A DNA stretch of 18,061 bases from Candidatus Wolframiiraptor sinensis (lineage in GTDB: Archaea > Thermoproteota > Nitrososphaeria_A > Caldarchaeales > Wolframiiraptoraceae). The stretch covers positions 1 through 18,061 of the forward strand of contig JALNKA010000018.1 of the NCBI GenBank assembly GCA_023261815.1. The letters run 5' to 3'. Made by a program: the position numbers and the translations under genes. Below are positions 1 to 7,909 of the stretch, one piece after another. Within the stretch, counting starts at the first letter, position 1; each line of letters begins with the position of its first letter. The notes below the pieces were generated by a model, which was given only the letters and a program-made list of their open reading frames with translations, ran no database searches and was not told the DNA's origin.

Positions 1-73
1 AGCCCCGGGCGGGCTTTGAACCCGCGGCCTGCGGCTTACGAGGCCGCCGCTCTACCAGCTGAGCTACCGGGGC
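1..73 (-). tRNA. tRNA-Thr(CGT)
   Basis: Reverse complement GCCCCGG-TA-GCTCAGCTGGTAGAGC-G-GCGGC-CTCGTAA-GCCGC-AGGCC-GCGGG-TTCAAAG-CCCGC-CCGGGGC-T folds as a full cloverleaf. Anticodon CGT at 38-40, no intron. Confidence 0.96.
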
Positions 74-108
74 GCATTATTGAAATTTCTTTTGCTTAGA
101 TTTAGCTC

Positions 109-924
109 TTACAGTTTGGACTGGATTAGCGCCGCGATTATCGTTATCGCTGCCAGCATTAGTGTCAGCGCATGTGGCTTTAGCCTTCTTGATGCTCTCA
201 GTAACGCCGTGATCACGATTAGCGATGTGATAATTGCCGTGGCCGCCGCGGTAATCAGCGCGGCCGCCGATATTGAGGTCATTACACTTCCGCTTAGGAG
301 GAGTGTATAAGCCGATCCGCCAAGCGTCGCCGGGATACTCATTAGGAATGATAGTCTCAGGGCTGTTGATGGGCTCTTGCCGAGCATAAGAAGAGCCACG
401 ATCGTTATTCCGCTCCTGCTGATTCCCGGTAGTGCTGATAGGCCTTGGGCGAGGCCCGCGAGGAGACCGTCCCTGTAGGGCCTGAGTTCGTTGGAGTTAT
501 TGGTGTCGGCCGGCTTTCCACCCATCCACAGGAGAATGCTCATGATGAGGTAGAGCATTCCTATAGCCAGCATGGATAGCTTGTCGAGGCGCTCGAGATT
601 TTCTGCGATCGTCAAGGCTAGGGGAGGGGCTATGAAGCCGGTGGCAACCGTCGAGGCGAGAAGAAACTTGAGAAGCCTCAGCCCCTCAACATCGCCAACA
701 ACCCCCCTCAAGATCATCAAAATATCTTTTCGGAAGTAGATTATTGCAGCCGCGGCCGTCGAGCCATTCAAGAATAGGCCTAGGAGATACGCTGTGGAGG
801 GCTGGAGACCGGCCCAGTAGAATATTAGGAGAAGGATGGTCTTACTGCTAACCGGGAGCCACTCGAAGATTCCCTGCGCCGATCCAGCTGCAGCTCCTAG
901 AACAAGCTCCTCATATCCCCTCAA
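109..924 (-). CDS. uppP: Undecaprenyl/polyprenyl-diphosphate phosphatase (BacA/UppP family)
   Basis: Motifs QGIFEWLPVSS, QGLSALPGISRSG and LSFLMSIPA in a multi-TM hydrophobic protein. Start moved to TTG at 924 (purine-rich RBS, TATA-like element at ~953-960) because the 1098 start overlaps the divergent gene. Confidence 0.9.
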   Translation of the reverse strand: MRGYEELVLGAAAGSAQGIFEWLPVSSKTILLLIFYWAGLQPSTAYLLGLFLNGSTAAAAIIYFRKDILMILRGVVGDVEGLRLLKFLLASTVATGFIAPPLALTIAENLERLDKLSMLAIGMLYLIMSILLWMGGKPADTNNSNELRPYRDGLLAGLAQGLSALPGISRSGITIVALLMLGKSPSTALRLSFLMSIPATLGGSAYTLLLSGSVMTSISAAALITAAATAIITSLIVITALLRASRRLKPHALTLMLAAITIIAALIQSKL

Positions 925-948
925 GCCTTCCCCCAAAACCTTGAATCG

Positions 949-964
949 GGAGAATATATTCTCC
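949..964. promoter_or_regulatory. Perfect 16-bp palindrome GGAGAATATATTCTCC (TATA-like core/operator)
   Basis: Exact self-complementarity. Lies 25-40 nt upstream of the uppP start, in the divergent uppP/radical SAM gap. Confidence 0.6.
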
Positions 965-1018
965 GCCTCTTGGCTTGAAACGCTGAAATATTGGTGAGCG
1001 GACGCTTTTGCTGAAGGC

Positions 1019-2170
1019 TTGATCTTTCTTCCGAGGGTTGTTCGTGAGAAGGAGTGTAGGATATGTGGGGCAAGGTCGAGGAATATCTCGGAAAGCATCG
1101 GCGTATGCGTGAACTGCCTCAGGGAGAAGCCGGAGGAGGCTCTTAAGATCGCAGAGCGCTCTCACCGCGAGAGTAGGGCTAGATGGGGGCTTCCGCCAGA
1201 GCCTCCGAGAACTGTTGGCGGGATAAGATGTGGGCTCTGCGACGCAGACTGCCTAATCGGTGAGGGGGAGTCCGGCTACTGCGGCTTAAGAAGAAATGTT
1301 GGTGGAAGGCTTCAATTCCTCGTGGACTCGGAGAGGGCGCTGCTACACTATTACCTGGATGCTCATGTGACGAACTGCTGCGCGGCGTGGTTTTGCCCAG
1401 CTGGAACCGGCTGCGGATATCCCGCCTACGCGGTCAAGAATGGGCCCGAATACGGCTACTACAATCTCGCCCTCTTCTTCTATGGATGCAGCTTCAACTG
1501 CCTCTACTGCCAGAATTGGTCGCATAAGAGGCTGAGCGATGGAAAGCTCACGGCCGCAGATGAGCTGATCGAGTATACTCTCAGGGATTTCAGGATAACC
1601 TGCTGGTGCTGGTTCGGCGGGTCGCCCGAGCCCCAGCTACCATTCGCGATAAACGCCTCGCAGAGAATCTTAGAGGAGAAGCCCGAGAAGAGGATAATCA
1701 GAATATGCTTTGAGTGGAATGGTTGCGGCGCACCTGAGCTCGTTAGGAGAGCTGGGGAATTGGCATATCTGAGCGGCGGCAACATAAAGTTCGACCTGAA
1801 GGCTTACACCCCGAGCGTGCACCGCGCCCTGACCGGGAGGGACAATAAGAGAACTCTCGAGAACTTCGAGCTGATATACAGAGAGTTTTATGAGCGGAGG
1901 AGGGATGTTCCCGTCCTGAATGCGACGACCCTGCTAGTGCCCCATTACATTGATGAGATCGAGGTAGCGGAGATCGCGGAGTTCATAGCGAGCCTCGACC
2001 CCGAGATACCCTACAGCCTCCTCATATTCCACCCGGACTACCTTATGAGCGACATGACGATCACACCGAGAAAGCAGGTTGAGAGATGCTATCAGGCGGC
2101 CAAAAAGCATCTCAAGAGGGTTAATATCGGGAATATCGCGCTCTTGGGTCTAGCCGAGCTGGAGAGCTGA
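1019..2170 (+). CDS. Radical SAM protein, PFL-activase/AmmeMemoRadiSam-like, with extra N-terminal Cys motifs
   Basis: CxxxCxxC (CSFNCLYCQN), GGSPEP, KFDLKA and TLLVP. Additional CRIC, CVNC, CGLC..C..CGLR and CCAAWFC motifs. Confidence 0.9.
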   Translation: MIFLPRVVREKECRICGARSRNISESIGVCVNCLREKPEEALKIAERSHRESRARWGLPPEPPRTVGGIRCGLCDADCLIGEGESGYCGLRRNVGGRLQFLVDSERALLHYYLDAHVTNCCAAWFCPAGTGCGYPAYAVKNGPEYGYYNLALFFYGCSFNCLYCQNWSHKRLSDGKLTAADELIEYTLRDFRITCWCWFGGSPEPQLPFAINASQRILEEKPEKRIIRICFEWNGCGAPELVRRAGELAYLSGGNIKFDLKAYTPSVHRALTGRDNKRTLENFELIYREFYERRRDVPVLNATTLLVPHYIDEIEVAEIAEFIASLDPEIPYSLLIFHPDYLMSDMTITPRKQVERCYQAAKKHLKRVNIGNIALLGLAELES

Positions 2171-2215
2171 TCAAGGGATAAATTCCGGTGATATCAAAAC
2201 GGTGAATTTGGGAGG

Positions 2216-2986
2216 ATGGGGGCGGAGGTCGAGATCATAGTTAAGCCCCCGAGCATGAGGGCTTCTCGGGAGGCGGCCGCCGAGCTGAGGCGGATAGAGC
2301 CGGAGGCCGTGATGCTGAACCTGCCGGAGAGCATAAGCAACCTAGTGCAGGATCTTGCATCCGAGAACATTGAATACGATGATTTTCTCGAGAAGGTTGA
2401 GGAGAGGCTTCCAAGCCCGGCTGAAGCCTGGCTTAAGGGATACGAGCATCTTCTACTCGAGCTTCGCGGCCTGAGAAGGGGGCCGGACATCTATTGCTAC
2501 GGCGATATGATTGCTTTTGAGATCGAGGCGAGGAGGGCTGTTGATATAGCGCGCTTAACCCTGAGAGCGATGATTACGGGCCGCGTTGATGCCGATGAGT
2601 GGCTCAGCCTGCTCTCGGAGGAGAAGAGGATCGCAGAGATCGCCTCGATCAGAGAGGCGGAGAAGATCGTTAGCGTGCTGATGCGCTACGAGAAGGCTAT
2701 CTGCATCTTGGAGCAGGCGCCAGCCCATCTCAAGGAGAGGCTTATCCGGGAGGGGATGAAGCCTAAAGTGCGCTATGTTGGGCAGCCCTATCATTTCACG
2801 CCGCTGGAGATCCTGAGGAGAAAGCTCGCGAAGGGAGGTGTGAGCACGGAGGAGGTCGAGGCGCTCGTGAAAGAACACATAAAATTCATCAGGGAATACA
2901 TCTACCGCAAGCCGCTCCTAGAAGCGCTTGATGAATGGAGCATGAACAAGCTCTACTGGCTCCATGGGCGAAGGGATAAATCTTAA
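2216..2986 (+). CDS. Hypothetical protein (possibly degenerate TraB/Tiki/ChaN-like fold)
   Basis: 256-aa ORF with GGGAGG RBS and codon usage like its neighbours, fitting between two genes. The fold guess comes from motif spacing only. Confidence 0.8.
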   Translation: MGAEVEIIVKPPSMRASREAAAELRRIEPEAVMLNLPESISNLVQDLASENIEYDDFLEKVEERLPSPAEAWLKGYEHLLLELRGLRRGPDIYCYGDMIAFEIEARRAVDIARLTLRAMITGRVDADEWLSLLSEEKRIAEIASIREAEKIVSVLMRYEKAICILEQAPAHLKERLIREGMKPKVRYVGQPYHFTPLEILRRKLAKGGVSTEEVEALVKEHIKFIREYIYRKPLLEALDEWSMNKLYWLHGRRDKS

Positions 2987-3014
2987 TTCCGCGGAAGCAT
3001 CCTCCTGACCCAGC

Positions 3015-3536
3015 ATGAGCTACTTGCTGCTCGTGATAGATGTCCAGGAGAAGCTGCTGAAGCATATTTATGGTGCCGATGAAGTCCTGAGAAACATCAT
3101 TAAACTCATTAATGCTTGCAGAATCCTGAAAATCCCCATAATGCTGACTGAGCAGATCAAGCTAGGGGACACGGTCGAGGATGTTAGGAAAACCGCTGGG
3201 GTTGAGCCGATATTGAAGTCGAGCTTCAGCTGCGTCAAATGTGAACCGATCCGCGAGTCCCTGGAAAAGATTAAGCCCGAGAAGATAATCTTGGCGGGAA
3301 TCGAGGCGCATATCTGCATACTCCAGACGGCCCTCGACCTCCTCAAGCTCGGCTACATCGTCTACATCCCCCTAGACTGCATCGGATCTAGGAGACCACT
3401 AGATAAGGAGGCGGCGGTTCAAAGGATGATCGCCGCCGGAGTGATACCCTCCACGTGGGAGTCGCTGGTATACGAGATACTCGAGTCGGCGGAACATGAG
3501 AAGTTCCACGAAATTCTAGAGATAGTGAAGTCCTAG
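3015..3536 (+). CDS. Isochorismatase-family cysteine hydrolase (YcaC/ISOC-like)
   Basis: Triad motifs IDVQ (Asp), KSSFSC (Lys) and GIEAHICILQTALDL (Cys). Confidence 0.92.
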   Translation: MSYLLLVIDVQEKLLKHIYGADEVLRNIIKLINACRILKIPIMLTEQIKLGDTVEDVRKTAGVEPILKSSFSCVKCEPIRESLEKIKPEKIILAGIEAHICILQTALDLLKLGYIVYIPLDCIGSRRPLDKEAAVQRMIAAGVIPSTWESLVYEILESAEHEKFHEILEIVKS

Positions 3537-3580
3537 AATGCGTGAAATCATTAAATGAGCATGCTGAGAGTGTTATGCGC

Positions 3581-4039
3581 ATGCCCGGAGCCGGGAAGCT
3601 CGAAGAGATCGTGAAGAGTCTGGGCGGCGAGGTCTTGGAGCTCGAAGCGTCGGTTAAAACCGTTGAGCAAGCGGCTAAGGCGACCGGAGTGGATCCGGGG
3701 CAGATCATAAAGTCCATACTCCTGATAACTGAGAAGGAAGGAGCGGTGTTGGCGATAGTTGATGGGAGATCGAGGATAGATCTTGAGAAAGTCGGGAGAA
3801 GATTTGGCAAGACAAGGCTAGCGTCAGCCCGGGAGGTTAAGGAGGTCACAGGATATGAGGTCGGAGAGCTCCCGCCGGTCGGGATACCCGTTAAGACCCT
3901 GATTGATCCGAAAGTTCTCGAGAGGAGCTACGTCCTAGGGGGAGGTGGGGCCATAAACAGACTGATAAAAATTGATCCGCACAAGATCGTCGAAGCCCAG
4001 AACGCAGAGGTCGAGAGCATATCGATTGAAAACCACTAA
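3581..4039 (+). CDS. YbaK/EbsC-family aminoacyl-tRNA deacylase
   Basis: TVEQAA, QIIKSILL (conserved Lys), RLAS.REV..VTGY..G..PP.G and GGG motifs. Start uncertain (3542/3575/3581); ATTAAAT at 3550-3556 favours the later ATG. Confidence 0.9.
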   Translation: MPGAGKLEEIVKSLGGEVLELEASVKTVEQAAKATGVDPGQIIKSILLITEKEGAVLAIVDGRSRIDLEKVGRRFGKTRLASAREVKEVTGYEVGELPPVGIPVKTLIDPKVLERSYVLGGGGAINRLIKIDPHKIVEAQNAEVESISIENH

Positions 4040-4090
4040 TGCGGCTGAAATCTACCACAACATCGTTAAAGCTCGGTAACGCCGCGCGTC

Positions 4091-4111
4091 AAAGTATATA
4101 ATCAGGATTAT
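4091..4111 (+). promoter_or_regulatory. BRE/TATA promoter of tRNA-Ile with overlapping inverted repeat
   Basis: AAAG-TATATAA ~30 nt upstream of the tRNA. ATAATC-AG-GATTAT at 4098-4111. Confidence 0.7.
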
Positions 4112-4127
4112 TCCCGTAAAAATGCGG

Positions 4128-4202
4128 GGGCCCGTAGCTCAGCCTGGTTGGAGCGTCCGGCTGATAACCGGAAGGTCGTGGGTTCGAATCCCACCGGGCC
4201 CA
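4128..4202 (+). tRNA. tRNA-Ile(GAT)
   Basis: GGGCCCG/CGGGCCC-A acceptor stem, anticodon arm TCCGG-CTGATAA-CCGGA, T arm GTGGG-TTCGAAT-CCCAC. No encoded CCA. Confidence 0.97.
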
Positions 4203-4218
4203 TCTATTTACCGCGCCC

Positions 4219-5181
4219 TCAATCAATCATCGCCTGATAACATATGGCCGACCCCGTAATCTGGCTTGGATCTATTCCTGAGGGAAGCGGCCACATCATT
4301 AGGATCTCGTAGCTCAGCTTCATTCCATGGGATTTACCGCCGCCGAGTAGTAGCTCGAGCAGCGATGGGGCTCGGGGCTTTACCCATCTCGTTGGAGCGG
4401 TTTCAGGTAGGCCGGCGAGCCTCCTGGCCTCATTGATCGCATCATCCAGTCCTCCGACCTTATCAATGAGCCCCAGCTCCATCGCTTGAGCCCCTAGATA
4501 TGGCCTGGCGGACAATATCTCGCTCCAGTCTCTAATCTTCTCTCCTCGAGATTCTCGAACCCTATCGGTGAACACCTTGGCTATCGCATCAACGAGCTCC
4601 TGCATTATCCTGCGCTCCTCATCCGTCATCGGTCTCCAGGCGCTTCCAATATCCTTTAACTTGCCGCTCTTGAATGCCTCGGCCTTAATTCCGAGCTTAT
4701 CCATCAGCTCAGCCCAGTTTATCACGAGCGAGACCGCTCCGATGGAGCCCGTGAGAGCGTGCGGCGAGGCCATTATCTCATCCGCGGCCAGCGCTATGTA
4801 GTATCCCCCCGAGGCGCCATACTCCGTGATATACGCGATGACTATGCGATCCTCGGAGAATTTCTTAATCATCTGGTATATCTCCTCGGATGCTGCCGCT
4901 GAGCCGCCCGGGCTATTAATGACCAAGACGACCGCCTTGGCGAGCGGATCGGACTCCACGCTCCTAAGAAGACCCTCGACCTCGCTGGGAGTAAGTGTTT
5001 CTCCGGATAACAGTGTAAGCGGTGACTCGGCGTATGAGATCGTTCCAGAGAGCTGGATTAGGGCCACATACTCCGCGCCAACTCGGCTCGAAGGCGCTAT
5101 AGCTGCTAGAATCGCAGCTGATGCCACCAGGGCCCCCGCGCATAGCCCTATGATGAGCCAGACCCACCACTTGGAGACCAT
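4219..5181 (-). CDS. sppA: Signal peptide peptidase SppA (S49)
   Basis: N-terminal TM helix. Motifs INSPGGS, GASGGYYIA, TGSIG, KSGKLKD and GLIDKVG. Upstream AAAGGG-TTTATA promoter (5209-5220, minus strand). Confidence 0.93.
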   Translation of the reverse strand: MVSKWWVWLIIGLCAGALVASAAILAAIAPSSRVGAEYVALIQLSGTISYAESPLTLLSGETLTPSEVEGLLRSVESDPLAKAVVLVINSPGGSAAASEEIYQMIKKFSEDRIVIAYITEYGASGGYYIALAADEIMASPHALTGSIGAVSLVINWAELMDKLGIKAEAFKSGKLKDIGSAWRPMTDEERRIMQELVDAIAKVFTDRVRESRGEKIRDWSEILSARPYLGAQAMELGLIDKVGGLDDAINEARRLAGLPETAPTRWVKPRAPSLLELLLGGGKSHGMKLSYEILMMWPLPSGIDPSQITGSAICYQAMID

Positions 5182-5229
5182 CTTCTCGGAAAATCGAGGT
5201 GATCGCGCTATAAACCCTTTCCCAAGCTA

Positions 5230-5772
5230 CTAGGGCTTAATAATTCTCGTCGGAATCGCGAAGAGCCTCCCGCCCATGTGCATGGGTAGCGCTATCTTCT
5301 CGATGTCCCATACGCCGTTCTTAAAGAGCTCTTCCTCGCAGTATGCTTCCAGAACCTCGCCGACGAAGACCGTGCACTCGCCGGTCTCGAGCTTCGAGCT
5401 GAGCTTGCACTCCAAGTGCGCCGCGCACTCGCCCACTATAGGCGCCTTGATCCTCTTGGCCGGCCTCGGGGTCAAGCCAGCCAGCTTAAACTTGTCCACG
5501 CTCCTGCCGCTTTTCGTCCCGCAGATCCATAAGGCCTTGATAAGGCGCTCATCCGGAATGTTCACGGTGAATTCTCCGGACTCCTTTATGAGCTGGCTGG
5601 TATAGCTTTCCGATCCGAGTGCGACGGCTATCATTGGGGGATCAGCGCTGACGGGCATATTCCACGCGCAGGTCATCACATTCGGCTTACCATCCCTTGA
5701 AACCGAAACAACTAAGACCGTCATGCAGGGGTGAAGCAGCTTATAGAAATCATCCATAACATCCATCTTCAT
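5230..5772 (-). CDS. Flavin reductase / flavoredoxin-family FMN-binding protein
   Basis: PNVMTCAW, PPMIAVA, SGEFTVNIP, CGTKSGRSVDKF, LECK and FVGEV motifs. AGGTG RBS precedes the ATG at 5772. Confidence 0.92.
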   Translation of the reverse strand: MKMDVMDDFYKLLHPCMTVLVVSVSRDGKPNVMTCAWNMPVSADPPMIAVALGSESYTSQLIKESGEFTVNIPDERLIKALWICGTKSGRSVDKFKLAGLTPRPAKRIKAPIVGECAAHLECKLSSKLETGECTVFVGEVLEAYCEEELFKNGVWDIEKIALPMHMGGRLFAIPTRIIKP

Positions 5773-5789
5773 CGCGAGCACCTGAATCT

Positions 5790-5808
5790 AATGGAGAAAA
5801 GCTCCATT
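5790..5808. promoter_or_regulatory. Inverted repeat AATGGAG-N5-CTCCATT, candidate operator of the flavin reductase gene
   Basis: Perfect 7-bp arms immediately downstream of the minus-strand GAAAGAAATTAAAA BRE/TATA-like element. Confidence 0.45.
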
Positions 5809-5917
5809 TTAATTTCTTTCTTCCACGAAGTTCCCTTTTTTCAAGAGGAGTTTCGCCGCATCTCGAAGAGCCAGCGAAAAGTATTCATAAAGGCCCGGAA
5901 GATTCAAGATCAAGGCT

Positions 5918-5993
<76 letters not shown>

Positions 5994-6101
5994 TATAACA
6001 ACAATATAAATGATCATCTGATAAGAGCTTCTAGCGGATCTCAAAATCATCGATACGAGCCATTTTTATTCTAGTGGTTCTTGCTAAGAGGTGAGAAGAT
6101 T

Positions 6102-6842
6102 ATGGGCAGGCTGCAGGGCAAGATCTCGATAGTGACCGGGGCTGCCAGGGGAATAGGAAGGGCCACGGCCATGCTGTTCGCTAGGGAGGGAGGCGGCGTC
6201 GTGATCGCTGACGTGCTCGAGGAGGGCCGCGAGGTAGCGGATGAGATTAACCGCATGATGGGAAGTGAGGTAGCGGTCTACGTGAGAACAGATGTTTCAC
6301 GCGAGGAAGATGTGAAGAACATGGTCGATGAGACGCTGAAGAGATTCGGGAGGATAGATGTGCTCGTCAACAATGCGGGGATAGGGCATTTCAAGGACAT
6401 AACAGAGACGAGCTCCGCAGAATGGGATAGAGTAATTAGCGTAAATCTGAAGGGAGCATTCCTATGCTGCAAATACGTGATCCCTCACATGATTAGGGCC
6501 GGCGGCGGAAGCATAGTCAATGTCTCATCTATTGTTGGGGTTAGAGGTGGTGAAAGGTGCCCCACATACGCGGCCTCTAAGGCTGGCCTGATAGGGCTCA
6601 CGAAAGCCCTCGCCATAGATTTGATGAAGTATAATATTCGCGTGAACGCCGTCGCCCCGAGAGCCATAGAAACTCCGATGATGTATGAGTATAAGGGCGA
6701 TGAGCTCAAAGAGAGGTTAAAGAGGTATTTATTCGGGAGGTTGGGGAAGCCCGAGGAAGTCGCGAACACGATACTATTCTTGGCATCCGATGAGGCAACA
6801 TACATCACCGGCGAGGTCATAGTGGTTGGAGGATACCTTTGA
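6102..6842 (+). CDS. Short-chain dehydrogenase/reductase (classical SDR, probably NAD-preferring)
   Basis: TGAARGIG, Asp at the end of beta-2 (IADV), LVNNAG, VSS and YAASK. GAGGTGA RBS precedes the ATG at 6102. Confidence 0.95.
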   Translation: MGRLQGKISIVTGAARGIGRATAMLFAREGGGVVIADVLEEGREVADEINRMMGSEVAVYVRTDVSREEDVKNMVDETLKRFGRIDVLVNNAGIGHFKDITETSSAEWDRVISVNLKGAFLCCKYVIPHMIRAGGGSIVNVSSIVGVRGGERCPTYAASKAGLIGLTKALAIDLMKYNIRVNAVAPRAIETPMMYEYKGDELKERLKRYLFGRLGKPEEVANTILFLASDEATYITGEVIVVGGYL

Positions 6843-6850
6843 GTCAAAGC

Positions 6851-7909
6851 TTAGGGAGATACTATGACCTTGAGCCCCCTCCTGCTCTTAACCACCTCGA
6901 ATGCTTCATTAATCTTCTCGAGGGGGAATCTATGAGTTATCAGCTGCTTGACGTCGATGAACCCCCTGCTGATGAGATTTAGGGCGCGCTCGAAGTGATG
7001 AGGCGTATGCTCCATAATCCCAATCACACAGACCTCTCCATAATGGATCATGTTTGGGTCTAGGTCTATGCTGGTGGGCGGATATGTTCCGGCGAAGATC
7101 CCGATTCTGCCGCCGGGCGCTACCATCCTCAGCGCATCACCTATGGCGCTCTTTCCGCCAGTCGCTACCACGATCTTATCCGCTCCCAACCCCCCTGTCT
7201 CTCTCCTTACCACATCAACCGCGTCCACATCTTTCGAGTTTATCGCGAGCACTGCACCTAGCCTCTCAGCAACTCTCAACCTATCAGGATGATGTCCTAT
7301 TACCATGGCCTCCGCTCCGACGAGCCTGGCCAATTGAAGGTGTAGGAGACCGATTACGCCATCGCCTATTATCGCGATTCTGCTCCCTGGGCCCATTTCG
7401 AGCTTCTCAAGCGTGTTAAGACAGGTTGATAACGGCTCGGTTAAGCATGCCTCTTCAAAGGATACGTGAGGTGGGATCTTAAGCGCCGTGGAAGCATGGG
7501 CCACCGCATATTGGGCATATCCCCTCAGATAATACCTCTTATTGATACAGAGATTCGACCTGCCCTGCTTGCAGAAGATGCACCTCCCGCATGACAATAT
7601 GTGATCGGCGACCACCCTATCGCCCACCGAGACTCCTTCTACGCCTTCTCCAACCTCAACGACATCACCAGCCCACTCGTGCCCCGTAAGCCCACGGCTC
7701 TCCTCGCCCATGGGCAGATAGAGCCTAAGCCCCTGAATGTAGCGGAGATCCGTCGGGCATACGCCGCATGCCCTAACCCTGACCAATACCTCGCCTCTAC
7801 TAGGCCTCGGGATATTACATTCCCTGACAACAACTTTAGACGGAGCCAGCAGGAACGCGGCGAGCATGCTATCCCCGGCCATCACAATCAATCCAAGTTC
7901 CAAGCTCAT
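6851..7909 (-). CDS. Zn-dependent medium-chain dehydrogenase (iditol/threonine dehydrogenase-like)
   Basis: CGVCPTD, GHEWAG, structural Zn site CGRCIFC..C, TEPLS, GDGVIG and ITHRFPL. Start uncertain; GAGGT RBS precedes the ATG at 7909. Confidence 0.93.
   Translation of the reverse strand: MSLELGLIVMAGDSMLAAFLLAPSKVVVRECNIPRPSRGEVLVRVRACGVCPTDLRYIQGLRLYLPMGEESRGLTGHEWAGDVVEVGEGVEGVSVGDRVVADHILSCGRCIFCKQGRSNLCINKRYYLRGYAQYAVAHASTALKIPPHVSFEEACLTEPLSTCLNTLEKLEMGPGSRIAIIGDGVIGLLHLQLARLVGAEAMVIGHHPDRLRVAERLGAVLAINSKDVDAVDVVRRETGGLGADKIVVATGGKSAIGDALRMVAPGGRIGIFAGTYPPTSIDLDPNMIHYGEVCVIGIMEHTPHHFERALNLISRGFIDVKQLITHRFPLEKINEAFEVVKSRRGLKVIVSP

Noticed and set aside
925-1098. N-terminal extension of the uppP ORF (329-aa version)
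   Set aside because: It overlaps the divergent radical SAM gene and the promoter palindrome; BacA homology begins near 924.
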